DNA of 64,000 nucleotides. Origin: an uncultured Gemmatimonadales bacterium. Lineage in GTDB: Bacteria > Gemmatimonadota > Gemmatimonadetes > Gemmatimonadales > GWC2-71-9. Of this stretch, positions 52,892-63,905 are shown in pieces. Within the stretch, counting starts at the first letter, position 1. Each line of letters opens with the position of its first letter. The notes under the pieces were generated by a model. That model was not told the DNA's origin. It searched no databases and saw only the letters and a list, made by a program, of their open reading frames with translations. The stretch lies in assembly GCA_963695555.1 (NCBI GenBank), contig CAVOGR010000003.1, forward strand, positions 1-64,000, in the 5' to 3' direction. A program made the translations under genes and the position numbers.

Positions 52892-54153
52892 TCACTTCGG
52901 CCGGGTTCCACTCCCCCCGCGCCACGGCGGGCACGAACGACTCGAGCTCCGGCGGCGGGAAAGGCGATGGTCTTCTCCTGCTCGGCGCTCATGTAGGCCG
53001 TCATAAGCAGCTCGGCCACGTTGACGCCGTCGCCGAAGTTCTCGCTCGGGCGCTCACCCGGCGAGGAACGACCGGACCATGTGGCGGTTCTCGCCCGATG
53101 TAGCCGTACTCGGCCTCCTCGTCGCTCACGATCGGCATGAGCCCCATTTCGGCGTTCTGCTTCTCGACCAGGTCTTCGCCGGCATCGACCCTGACCTCCC
53201 GGCTGAAGAAGACCTTGGGCCCGGCATCCAGCGTGTTGATCGACATCGAGTACTCGGGCCCCAGCAGCTCCATGCTCAGACGCAGGCCGGCGCCGACGAA
53301 GCACCACGAGGTCGTCGCCTCGACGATCCGCTCGTTCCCGTCGGCATCGCGGTACTCCACCAACGCGCGGGCGAAGTCCTCCGCGGGGCGGTTGACGTAG
53401 TCGGTCTTGCCGCCGCTCCGCTCGGCCAGGATGTCGGCGTAGTGCGGCTGCTGCCACTTCAGACACGAGGTGTAGGCCGTGACCTTGACCGGCGTCAGCG
53501 CGCTCCTCGGCGCGCCGGGCGGCGTCGAGCAGAAACCGCGCCACCTCCACCGAGTGGCACATCATGTCGTTCAGCACACCGCCGCCCTGGAGCTCCCCGT
53601 CCCAGAACCACGGCATGTGCGGCCCGCTGTGCTCCTCCGCCGCGCGCGCCAGGTAGGGTCGGCCCGGTCGAGCGCCGCACCGCGGCTCCAGACGATCTCC
53701 TTGCCGCGCACCACGCCCGGGCGAGAAGAGCTGGTTCTCGAGGTAGCCGTCGAGCAGGCCGACCTGCTGGACCAGCTCGAGCATCCTGCGCGCTTCCGCG
53801 GCGTTGCGTCCGAGCGGCTTCTCGCACGCCACACCCGACGCAGCTCGCCCTTGCCGGACTCGATGGCGTCGGACGATCTCCTCCATCACCTCGACCCGGG
53901 TGAAGTTGGGCGAGCAGATCCAGAGTGCGTCGATGCCGGGATCGGCCACCATCTCGGTGACCGAGCGATAGACCTGGGCGTCGCCGACGCCGAGCTTGCG
54001 CGCCAGGCGCCGCCGCCTCTCGCGCCGTCTCCATCGCGCCGACTCACGACGCCGAGCACGTCCGCGTTCCGCACGCCCACGAACGAGCGGATATGAAAGC
54101 GGCTCGACGAATCCACCGCCGACGATGCCGACACCCAAGTCGCCTTCTGTCAT
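52892..54153 (-). CDS. Gfo/Idh/MocA oxidoreductase, cytoplasmic (frameshifted; end approximate)
   Basis: VGIVGGGFV Rossmann motif, ACEKPLGR, YLENQ and GGGVLNDMMCH. Confidence 0.85.
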
Positions 54154-54187
54154 GCCACGTCGTCCTTTCCTTCGTTCGACTGCTCTG

Positions 54188-55435
54188 TTACCGCATCCAT
54201 ATGGCTAGGCCGCCTTCGCCTGGATTCGGCGCCGACTCCTCGCGGAAGAAGAGCAGGAACGCCACCGCACACACGACCGTCAGGGCACACGGGCACCAGG
54301 AACACGTAGGTCCAGTTGGTGCCTCCGGTCGTGGTGAACAGGTCACGGATCTTGCCCGGCGAAGAGGCTGCCCAGGAACCGCCCGAGCCCGAGCGCGACG
54401 ATGGCGATGAGGCTCTGCGCCGAGGCCCGGATGTCCGGCGGTGCCACCTTGTCCACGTAGATGAAGGCCGCGACGAAGAAGAAGACGTAGCAGAAGCCGT
54501 GCGAGCGCCAGCGAGGCGATCACCAGCCAGGCGGGCGCTGCCGATCGCAGAAGATCACGTAGCGGATCGGCCAGGCGATGACGCCGAAGGCCAGCGTCTT
54601 CCGCATGCCGTACTTCTTCAGGAAGCGCGACAGCAGGAACGCCATGACGAAGATCTCGGCGAGCTGCGCCGATGGTCATCACCCACGGCGACCCAGGTGC
54701 TCGACACGCCGATCTGTCCGACTCGAGGAACGGCGCCGTCAGGATGTAGTAGAACTCGCAGCTCGGTCGCGACCACGAAGGTGATGCCGACGAAGATGGC
54801 GAACTGCTTCGCCTTGAGCATCTTGAGCGATTCGAGGAACGCCCACGGCTTGACCCCCTCCTTCTGCGGGCGGCGTGTGCGGCAGGGTGAACGACTGCAC
54901 GCCCATGATGAGCGAGGCGACGCCGGCCAGCAGCAGCATGTCGCCCGCGCACCGACGGAGCACCGTGGCCGGTCCGCCAGCCAGCGCCAGCCGGTGAGCG
55001 TCCACCCGGCCGCGATCCACCCGAGCGTGCCCCACACGCGAATCCCGCCGAACTCCTCCTCGGAGTCCTTCAGGTTGATCATGGCGATGGAATTGGTGAG
55101 CGCCAGCGTCGGGGCATAGAGCAGGCAGTAGACCAGCATCAGCCCGAACATCAAGCCGTAGTCGGTCGTCCGCGGACGACCGCGATCAGCAGGATGCCCC
55201 CGGTGAACGCCAGAAACCCGATCACCTTCTCGGAGGCGAAGTACCGATCCGCCAGCTGCCCGCCGATGAACGGCGCGATGATCGTCGCCAGCGGCAGCAG
55301 GGCGTAGATCCAGCCGACCTGCCCGCCGCTCATGCCGAGGTCGTTGATCAGATACGACGACAGCACCGGGGCCCACGCGCCCCAGATGGCGTACTGCAGG
55401 AACATCATCATGCCGAGCCGGGTCTTGGAGCTCAC
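54188..55435 (-). CDS. MFS transporter, NupG/XapB-like (frameshifted)
   Basis: MMFLQYAIWGAW, APFIGGQLADRYF, YAPTLALTNS, IRVWGTLGWI and LPHTPP. Confidence 0.85.
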
Positions 55436-57042
55436 ACGATCCTCCGCGCGATCGGATCCCACTCGACCTTCCGGCCTTCGAGATACGACCGGGTGGCCAT
55501 GTGACAGGTAATGGCTTCCTCGAAGCCCCGGTCGATGTTGCAGCTCGTCTCACCGCCGTTGCGGATGACGTCCAGCCACTCGGCGATATTGCAGGTGATA
55601 GGCCGACACCCGCCGCCCGCCGCGGTAGGTGTAGAGCAGACCGCGGGTCACGAAGTACTCCTCGGTCGCCGAGGTCACGGCGTCGATGCCCTTGAACCCG
55701 GGTCGATACGTGAACATCGGCCGGGAGGTGTTGATGACGCCGTCCTTGATCTTCTTCTCGTAGCGGGTCGACTCGCCGTCGGCCGTCACGGTCAGGTCGC
55801 CGCTCACCCGCATGGACGCGTCGTGTCCCATGAACATGAGCCCGCGGTAGTTGCCGTTGGCCAGCGTCGCGCTGTAGACGAAGGTGAGGTCGCGGTCCGG
55901 ATACTCGTAGACCGCCTGGAACACGTCCGGCACGTCGCGTCCGTCCTTGAAGTAGTAGATCCCCCCGGAGGCGACCGCCGACTTTGGTATGCCCACCTGG
56001 AGGATCTGATTCACCCCGTCGTATTCGTGTGACAGCAGATCACCCGCGAGTCCGGTGCCGTAGTCGTACCAGCACCGCCACCGGAAGAACCGCTCGAGGC
56101 TGAACGGCACCTTATTGGGGGCGGGGCCCTGGAACAGCTCCCAGTCGATCGTCTGGGGGTTCCCCTCCTCGTGGATGTCCCACACCCAGGCGCCCCACGG
56201 CGAGTTCCGGTTGGTGGTGCCCTCGACCAGCGTGATCGGGACCCAGAATGTTGGCCTCGATGACCTCTCGGGCCTTGTTGTGCGCCTCGGACTGGCGATT
56301 CTGGTGGCCGAGCTGGAAGACGATGTTGGAACTCTTGACCGCGTCGTACATGCGCGTGCGCTTCTTCTTCCGTTCGCGTCATGCACTTCTCGCAGTACAC
56401 GTGCACGCCTTCGGCCGCGGCGGCGATCGTCATCCGCGAGTGCCAGTGATCGGGCGTCGCGATGATCACCGCGTCCACGTCGCCACTCTGCAGCAGGTCG
56501 CCGTAGTGGCGGTATCGCTTGGCGGGCTGCCGGGCGCTACCGGCTCCCGGCCGCGCCTCCACCGTCGAGGCGGCGATTCCACGCTCGGCTCGCACGTCGA
56601 ACACGTCGCACACGGCCGTGATCGCGACGTTCAGGTCGTCCTGGCCGAGATAGGTCACCAGGGCCTTGTTGCGCGGGTTCTTCCGCGCCTCCTCACGCTG
56701 CTCTTCCACCCAGTCGGGATGGGCGAATCCGGCGTGCCGGACCAGGGACTCCCCCTCCCCGCCGAACCCGATGATGCCGACCCGTACCCGCTGACTGGGT
56801 GGTCGCGACATCGCGTCCTTGATGAACGCCGGCCCTCCCTCGGTCACGCCCAGCTCCTCGAGGATCGCACGCTTCTTGGCGTCCTCGATCGATTTCTTCT
56901 CGAGATAGCTGTAGGCGAAGGCCCCAACGAAGGGGACTGAGACCAGCGCCTTGAGCAGTCCGCGGCGGCTCAGCCCCGCCGGCGGCGAGGGCGGAGGCGG
57001 GGTCTGGGGCTCGCTCTGATCGGTCGTGCGTTCGTCGGTCAT
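55432..57042 (-). CDS. Gfo/Idh/MocA oxidoreductase with Tat-type anchor and candidate flavinylation motif (frameshifted)
   Basis: SRRGLLK plus hydrophobic stretch; GIIGFGGEG; ATPDHWH; YCEKC; WRCWYDYGTGLAGDLLSH; DAVTSAT near the C-terminus. Confidence 0.85.
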
Positions 57043-57054
57043 CGTCGCGTCTCC

Positions 57055-57594
57055 TCAGGCCCGGGCCTGCTGCTGGGTCAAGTCTTCACTGCCGCGATTC
57101 CACGGCACGAGCCGGTCCAGTCCCCACAGCTTACCGGTCGGGAACGCGAGGAGTACGGCCAGCGCCACCATTTCGATCAGGACCTTGTTTACGACCAGGT
57201 AGCTGCCTTCGGTCGGCATGCCATAGCTGTAGCCGACGAACGGCGGGGCGGCGACGTAGTACAGGAACAGGAGCACGATCCCGGCGACGGTGGCGGTCCG
57301 GGTGAAGAGTCCGAACATGAGGCCGAGCCCGATCAAGAGCAGTCCCCAGGCATTCAGGTAATCGACCACCGTGAGGAGCGTCGGGTTGGCGGCGATGTCC
57401 AGGAAGACACTACTGAACCACCACTTGGATTCCGCCAGGTACCCGGCTGACGTCCAATACGGGTTCGTCAGCTTGGCCAGACCCTCGTAGGTGAAGTGCC
57501 AGCCGATGAGGATTCTGAGGACTACCAGCGTCGTGGTCTGGAATCGCGAGTATCCTCGCATCCCCCAGGTTCCAACTGTCTCGCCTCGCATCAT
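57055..57594 (-). CDS. DoxX/DoxD family membrane protein
   Basis: LRILIGWHFTYEGLAK, GLGLMFGLFTR and VNKVLIE; four TM segments. Confidence 0.85.
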   Translation of the reverse strand: MMRGETVGTWGMRGYSRFQTTTLVVLRILIGWHFTYEGLAKLTNPYWTSAGYLAESKWWFSSVFLDIAANPTLLTVVDYLNAWGLLLIGLGLMFGLFTRTATVAGIVLLFLYYVAAPPFVGYSYGMPTEGSYLVVNKVLIEMVALAVLLAFPTGKLWGLDRLVPWNRGSEDLTQQQARA

Positions 57595-58645
57595 GCCTCC
57601 GCCGCTTCCACGTTATCGGCCGGCGCACTCCTCCAGCCACGGGACCGGACCTGCTGCCCGTCCCGATCGATGATCAGACATTCACAATCCGGCAACTCGT
57701 CCACGAACCGAACGCCCTGTGCTGGCCCCATCACGAAGACGGTCGTGGCCAGTGCGTCCGCCGCCATGGTCGACGGCGCCACGACCGACACGCTCGCGCA
57801 CTCGTTGGGTGAGCGTCCAGTAGTCGCGCTCACGATATGATGCACCAGGCGATCGCGGTCGAAGTAGATCTCGTAGCTGCCCGAGGTGGCCACGGCGCCG
57901 TCGGTCAGGTGAATCGTGTCGGGGTAACTCCCGTCCTTGGTGGGATTCTGGACCGCTACCGTCCACGGACGTCGCTCTTCTTTGGTTCCGGACGTCCGGA
58001 TGTCGCCACCGGCGTTGATCAGGTAGTTGTCGAGCTTGTGCCGCCCGAGCACACCGGCGATGGCATCGACGATGTAGCCCTTGGCGATGCCGTCCAACGT
58101 GATGGCCATGCCGGGCCGCTCGAAGTCGACCCGTGTGCCGGTCACGTCGAATGTGCGCCGCACCGACCAGGTCGAGTGCCTCCCGGAGCTCCGCCGCCGA
58201 CGGCTCCGCGGGCACCAAGGCGGTCATCCGCTCTCTGAAGAGGTCGACGACCGGCGCCACCGAAATGTCGAACGCGCCCCGACTCAGCTGGTGGATCGCG
58301 TGTGACCGGGAGAGCACGTGGAGAAACTCGGGTGGTGCTCCGTCGATCCGCCCGACGTCGTTGAGATACATGATGGCGGAGGCCGAGTCGTATCGGCTGA
58401 AGATGGCGATCAGCCGATCCATCTCGTCGAACGCCCGGCCGATCGCCTCTTCGGCGCGGTGCTGAGAGGGCGCGAGCACCGATACCGCCACGACGGTTCC
58501 CATGGCGGCACGGCTCTGGGTGACCTTGTAGGTCCGACGACTCAGGCGGACGGCTGCGGTGGTGACCGGTGACGGCGTCCACGCGCTCGAAGCCCAGCCG
58601 CTGGAGGGCGGCGAGCTTGCCTCGGATATGCGCTGTCTCGTGCAT
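57591..58645 (-). CDS. apbE: FAD:protein FMN transferase (frameshifted)
   Basis: [47 protein letters not shown] and ADALAT. Confidence 0.92.
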
Positions 58646-58708
58646 GAATGCTCGAGGTTGCGACTGGGTGATGGGATGTTGCGAATATACGACTAAACGG
58701 CGTGTCGG

Positions 58709-59650
58709 CTAGCGGTATTGTCCTTCCAGTGAGCTCCGGACGCGCTCGAGCAGTGCCTTGGTCGCCCGGATGCCGTCCGGCTCGCTCAACGCCTGTCCTT
58801 CGTACTCGATGCCGATGTGGCCACGGTACCCGGCGTCGAGGACGACCCGGAGCATCCGCGTGGAAGTCCGTCTCGACCACGTTGCCGGACGGGTCGAAGT
58901 CATAGGACTTGGCGCTCACCGCCTTGGCAAACGGCATGAGCTCCGCCACGCCCTGGTAGCGGTCGTACCACTCGTCCTCGGCCAGCTTGAAGTTGCCGAA
59001 GTCCGGCAGCGTGCCGCAGCGGGGGTGATCCACCGCTGGATGACGCTCGCGAGCCAGGCCCCGTTCGACGAGAGGCCGCCGTGGTTCTCCACGAGGACGT
59101 TGATCTCACGCTGCGGCGGCGAATTCGGTGAGCCGGCGGAGCCCATCGGCGGCCAGCCGGCGCTGTTCGTCAGGTGAGCCTGCCGACTGGGCGTTGACCC
59201 GGATCGAGTGGCATCCCAGGAACTGTGCCGCGTCCACCCAGCGATAGTGGTTCTCGACCGCCGTGCGCTACGGGCCGCGTCGTCTGGATCGCCAATGGCA
59301 CCCTCGCCGTCGCACATGATGAGGAGGTTGGCGACGCCGTGGTCCTGAGCCCGGTCCTTGAGCTCCTGCAGATAGGCCCGGTCCTGTGCCTTGTCCTTGA
59401 AGAAGGAATTGACGTACTCGACGGCCTCGATCCCGTAGTCGCGGTGCGCGGTTGCCGGGAAGTCGAGGTTGTCGAGCTCCCCGGCGTACAGTGCCCGATG
59501 GAGCGACCACTGGGCGAGCGATATCCGGAAGAGCGGTTCGTCGCGGGTCCGGGTGCATGAAAGCAGCGTCAGCGGCTCGAGCAAGCCCAGCGCGGGCAGA
59601 ATGCCCCCGGAGATTTCAACGAATCGACGACGGGACAACGGCTGCGACAC
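58709..59650 (-). CDS. Sugar-phosphate isomerase/epimerase (xylose-isomerase-like TIM barrel) with Tat signal (frameshifted)
   Basis: SRRRFV Tat motif; [48 protein letters not shown] and GIEYEG. Confidence 0.85.
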
Positions 59651-59658
59651 CGAGGCCT

Positions 59659-59719
59659 CCTCACTCCTTTACTCTCTACTCCCTACGCCCTACTCCCTAC
59701 TCCCTACTCCCTACTCCCC
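59659..59719 (+). repeat. Heptamer tandem repeat (CCCTACT)n
   Basis: About eight units directly upstream of the GTG at 59650 on the coding (minus) strand. Confidence 0.9.
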
Positions 59720-59759
59720 GTAGTAAATCATTCCCACACCGCACGGCAAGGGTCCCCAA

Positions 59760-59879
59760 GGCACGAGGGCCCGTTCAGAGTGTCTGAACGCGCCCTCGTG
59801 CCGCCTCGAACCTTCCTGCGTCGCACTGCCCTAACGCAGGAGAGCCCGTTCAGAGTGTCTGAACGGGCCCTCGTGCCGC
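59760..59879. repeat. Duplicated 36-bp palindromic unit (59769-59804 and 59844-59879)
   Basis: GCCCGTTCAGAGTGTCTGAACG(C/G)GCCCTCGTGCCGC twice with a 39-nt spacer. Confidence 0.85.
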
Positions 59880-59906
59880 TCGGAATGCGAAGCGAGCTCT
59901 CGTCGG

Positions 59907-60869
59907 TTACTTGACCACGGTGAGCCCGAACGGCATGTCGAACCGTCCCACCTCGGTCACTTGCGGCTTCCCCTTGGTCGGCAGCTGGCAGAGGATCGCG
60001 GATGTGCCCTCGAGCGTCCAGGTGATGCCGTCGAGGGCATGAGCCAGCGTCAACCGGTTTCCTGTCACGTCATTATTCTCGCAATCAAAGCCGAACCTGA
60101 GGAACCAGTTGAAGCCCTTGCCGCTCGCATCGGGCCGGACCCAGGTCACCTGGGCGCGGGTGGTCGTGGTGCTTCCCGGAACCATCAAGAGGGGCTCCAC
60201 GCCAGGATCGGCCGTGCTGAAATAGCCGTCGTCGCACACATCGGCAGGCAGTCCTGGCTGATCGGGGAAATCGAAGCAGAACTTGCGGTCGCTGGTGGCG
60301 ACGCGTGCATCCACGAACAGATTACCGATCGCGAGGATGACGGCGTCGGTATACGCGCCGGCCGAATCGCTCATGACACCGTCGCCCGCTGCGTCGCGGA
60401 AGGTGGCGCTCACCGGTGTGTCGCTGGGTGCTCCCTTCTGCTTCACGCTGAAGAGTTCGGACCCGATCCCTTTCTTGCCTCGAAACGTCATGACCTCGAC
60501 GTCGTACAGGGCCACGTCGGCCTCGAGCGGGATCTTGATGTGCGCCTTGAGCCGAGTGTCATCGACGAACGTCGTCGAATCGACGGTGACGAGGGACGTG
60601 CCTCCCGGTAAGACCCAGCTGGCCTCCGAGCCATCGTCGAACCCCGACCCTATGACGTCCACTGTCAGCATCGTGTCCTGCGGTGCCTCGCTGGGATCGG
60701 CCTGGTCCACGTTCACCTTGACACCCGGGCCGCCGCCGCCGCCCTTGGCGGCGAGTATGGCGGTGTCAGTCGGGCTGGTCGGCTGCGATTCGGTGCAGGC
60801 CAGGAGGCCAACCACCAGCCACCCAACGGCCACCATGCCGCGATATGGAAGAAGATGCCGCTTCGTCAT
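59907..60869 (-). CDS. Lipoprotein with Ig/IPT-like domain
   Basis: LLAC lipobox; Gly linker; DPSEAPQ...VIGSGF...YDVEV Ig-like pattern; GGGAGG RBS. Confidence 0.75.
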   Translation of the reverse strand: MTKRHLLPYRGMVAVGWLVVGLLACTESQPTSPTDTAILAAKGGGGGPGVKVNVDQADPSEAPQDTMLTVDVIGSGFDDGSEASWVLPGGTSLVTVDSTTFVDDTRLKAHIKIPLEADVALYDVEVMTFRGKKGIGSELFSVKQKGAPSDTPVSATFRDAAGDGVMSDSAGAYTDAVILAIGNLFVDARVATSDRKFCFDFPDQPGLPADVCDDGYFSTADPGVEPLLMVPGSTTTTRAQVTWVRPDASGKGFNWFLRFGFDCENNDVTGNRLTLAHALDGITWTLEGTSAILCQLPTKGKPQVTEVGRFDMPFGLTVVK

Positions 60870-60912
60870 GGGGACCTCCCCGTAGTGGACCTCGAGGCGA
60901 GGTGAACAGGAG

Positions 60913-63905
60913 TCACAGAGTCTGTCGCTTTCTTAATGGCACGGATGTTCCCGCCCGAGTGTGCGCCTGCCGGTGGCCGTTGTAGCCGGCCAGCTGGTAG
61001 GTGGCCCAGTAATACGCGGCAGCCGTACCGCTCGTGGGCCAGCATGGCGCGCTGGGCCCGGGCCAGCGCGTGGGCGGGAGAACGTCCCGTCAAATTCCGA
61101 TAGAACTGCTCGGCGAATGCCGCCGCCCCGGCGTCTTCCACCGGCCAGAGCGTCGCGATGACACTGCCCGCACCCGCGTGGAGGAACGCCTGGGCCAGAG
61201 TCGTGTAATCCTCGCCCTGCACGAAGGCGGTCGAATGGGCCGCTCCGACTCCGGTCTCACAGCCGGAGAGAAAGACCAGCTGCGCGTGGATGGGGAGGTT
61301 CAAGCAGTTCGTGCACCTCGAGTCGCCCGTCGTCCGCCGGATCGCCACCATTGTTGCGCGCCAACTCGAGCCGGGAGAACATCGGGTTCTGCGCATTCAG
61401 GATGCCGTGGGTGGCCACATGCACCAGGCCCGAACCTGCAAGCGCGGTCCGTACGGTCCGCTCGGTCGCTCGGGAACCCAGATATCGGCTGATCCTCGCG
61501 TCCTCCGCACGCACGGCCCCGACCTCGCGCCGAGTGCCGGGCAGCCGATCGGGGAACGGCGCGAAGGCCGAGACCGCGAGCGTGCCCTCCGCCTTATCGG
61601 TCTTGCGATCGGCCAGCACGGGAAGCGCGGCCGCGGAAGGGAGAACCCGCAGCGAGAAGTCCTGCACCAGGTAGCGGCCGGTGGTTCGATCCTTGAGTGC
61701 CGCAAAGGGCAGGTAGACCAGCACCTGATGCGGCACGATCATGAGTTCATGCGCGTCGCTCAACAATCCGGCACCCAGCAGCGGCTCGATCAACGCCTCG
61801 TGCAGCGCTTCGAGCACGCGGTCGAGACGCTCCCCGCGCGCCATCGTTTCTCGCCATCAACTCGCGCGCGAGCCGCACCCGGCTGGCGACGTTCTTCACG
61901 CTGACCGGGCTCTCCAGGGCATGGACCCGATCGCGCGTCACGAGAAAGACGACCACCTGACCTTCCAGCGGGACGAAGTACTCGATCAAGAGCTGCCCCG
62001 GACCGAGCGCCGCGCGGACAGCCGCGACATCGGGACGAGCGGCGCCTAGGAAGGCGGCCGCATCGCGGTCCGTTTCCGCCGCCTGCACCAGGAAGCCCTC
62101 GTACTCGCGTCGGGCCCGTTTCAACCGATCATAGAGGAACGCCAGTTCCCGCGACTCATCCGGGCTGAGGTCACTCGTAGGGGTCTCTTCGATGTAGTCG
62201 ATGCTCTCCACCAGGCGGTCGATCTCGCTCAGCAACATCTCGCCGTCAGAGAAGGCCTCCGCGGGGGCGGAGTGAGCAGATGAGGCCTGTCCCGCAGCCG
62301 CCAGTCGCTCGAGCAGCACCCGTCCCCGGGCGGCGTCCGCCACGCCGAAGGCCTCGTCGATCCGACCCAGCCGAAGCAGCACCGAGATGAGGTGGGCATA
62401 GACCTCGCGCTTGTCCGCGACGAAAGCGGTCCGCAACAAGCCCGAGCTGAAGTTGCCCCGGACCCCTTCGACCGTCGCCAGGGCGCGGCGTCCGGCCACG
62501 GCGGCCTCCTGAGTCCGTCCGAGTCGCTCAAGCGCGCGCGACTCGAGCAGCCGTGCTTCCCACTCGGCGGCGTAGCCGCCGCGCGCCAAATCGGGCTCGA
62601 TGCGCTCGATGACCGTGAGGACTTCACGAGGGCGCCGCTGCCGGTCCGCGATTCTGGCCTCGGTGAGACCCAGTTCGACCCGAGCGACACGCGCACCGAC
62701 ATCGCTCGCCACGGCTCGCGCCTCCTGCCAACCGTCGCTGGACTGCCCCGTCGCCGTCCTCGAGCCGGTCGAGGATCTCGGCCAGGATCGTGAGGTCGCC
62801 GAGCACCTCCATCGGTGCCCCAATGGCGCGATGAATCTCCAGCGCCTCGAGTGCTGATGCGCGGGCCCGATCCAAGTCTCCCAACCGGACGTGGATGTCG
62901 GCCTCGCTCCGGAGGTCTACCCCGGTCTCGAGGTCGAGTCCCAATTCGGCGTTGATGGTCTGGGCCGAGTCGTACATCTCGAGCGCACGACGGAAGTCAC
63001 CTGCCGCGCGATACAGGTCGGCCATCGCTTCGAGAATGCTGGCCTGTTCCTGCTCCAGCCCCTGTCGTGTTGCCAGGGTGAAAGCGCTGTCCAGCACGAC
63101 AAACGCCTGCCCCGGGTCACCCAGGGCCATGTACGCCATCCCGAGTTGCCCCAGGGCGCTCTGGACGCCGGTGGCGTAGTCGGCGACTTGATACCGGGCG
63201 AGCGCCTGCTGAAGGAGCGGGATCGCGGCGTTGGGGTCGCCCAGTCGAATCTCGAGCATGCCGAGGTTGGTGAGTGCGTTCCCTTCGAGCCGCGCATCGC
63301 CCAGCTCGGCCATGGTAACCTGCATCGCCTCAAAGCCCGTGCGGGCCTCCCGGAATTGTCCCAGCTCGGTCTGTACCAGCGCGAGGTTGCCGAGCGCAGT
63401 GGCTGCCGCGCGACGGTTCCCCGTCTCGCTGCGCAGCGGTGCCCGCCTTCCCGAACAACAGGACCGCGTCCGAGAGCCGGTTTTCGGTCCAGGCCAGGAG
63501 TCCGAGTGCATTGTATGAGCGGAAATACTGATCGGTGAGGGCGTGTTGCTGCTTGAGGGCAAGCGCCGCCTCACCGATGCGTCTGGCCTGCTGGTGATTG
63601 CCCAGCTTGTAGTGTGCCAGTCCGATCCAGGTGAGGGCCCTCGCCTCGGCGGCTACTGCGCCCTCTTGCTTTGCCCGTTCACGCACCTGCTCCAGGATGG
63701 CCGCGGCACTGTCGAACTTGCCGGCAAAGTAGATGGCCTCGACCGCGGCAAAGACCGAATCGTATCCGCTCTGGGTCGCGACGGAGTCCGTAGCACGTCC
63801 GCCGGTGTGCAGCCCTCCCACCACCGAGGCATCCCTGGTCTGATCGGAACAGGCCAGGATGCACGAGCAAGCCAAGAGCCATGCCAAGCGGGGGTGCACG
63901 GTCAT
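60913..63905 (-). CDS. TPR-CHAT (caspase-like) protease, probable lipoprotein (frameshifted)
   Basis: ILAC lipobox; TPR repeats; IVPHQVLVYLPFAAL...YLV; catalytic HVATHG and LSGCETG; LWPVED; YYWA. Confidence 0.85.

Noticed and set aside
52165..54153. Gfo/Idh/MocA-DUF1080 fusion (662-aa ORF)
   Set aside because: The middle of the ORF is out-of-frame sequence; two separate frameshifted genes explain it.
59769..59879. CRISPR array (36-bp repeat, 39-nt spacer)
   Set aside because: Only two units, no cas genes in the window, a self-complementary spacer and no typical repeat terminus; kept only as a duplicated hairpin.
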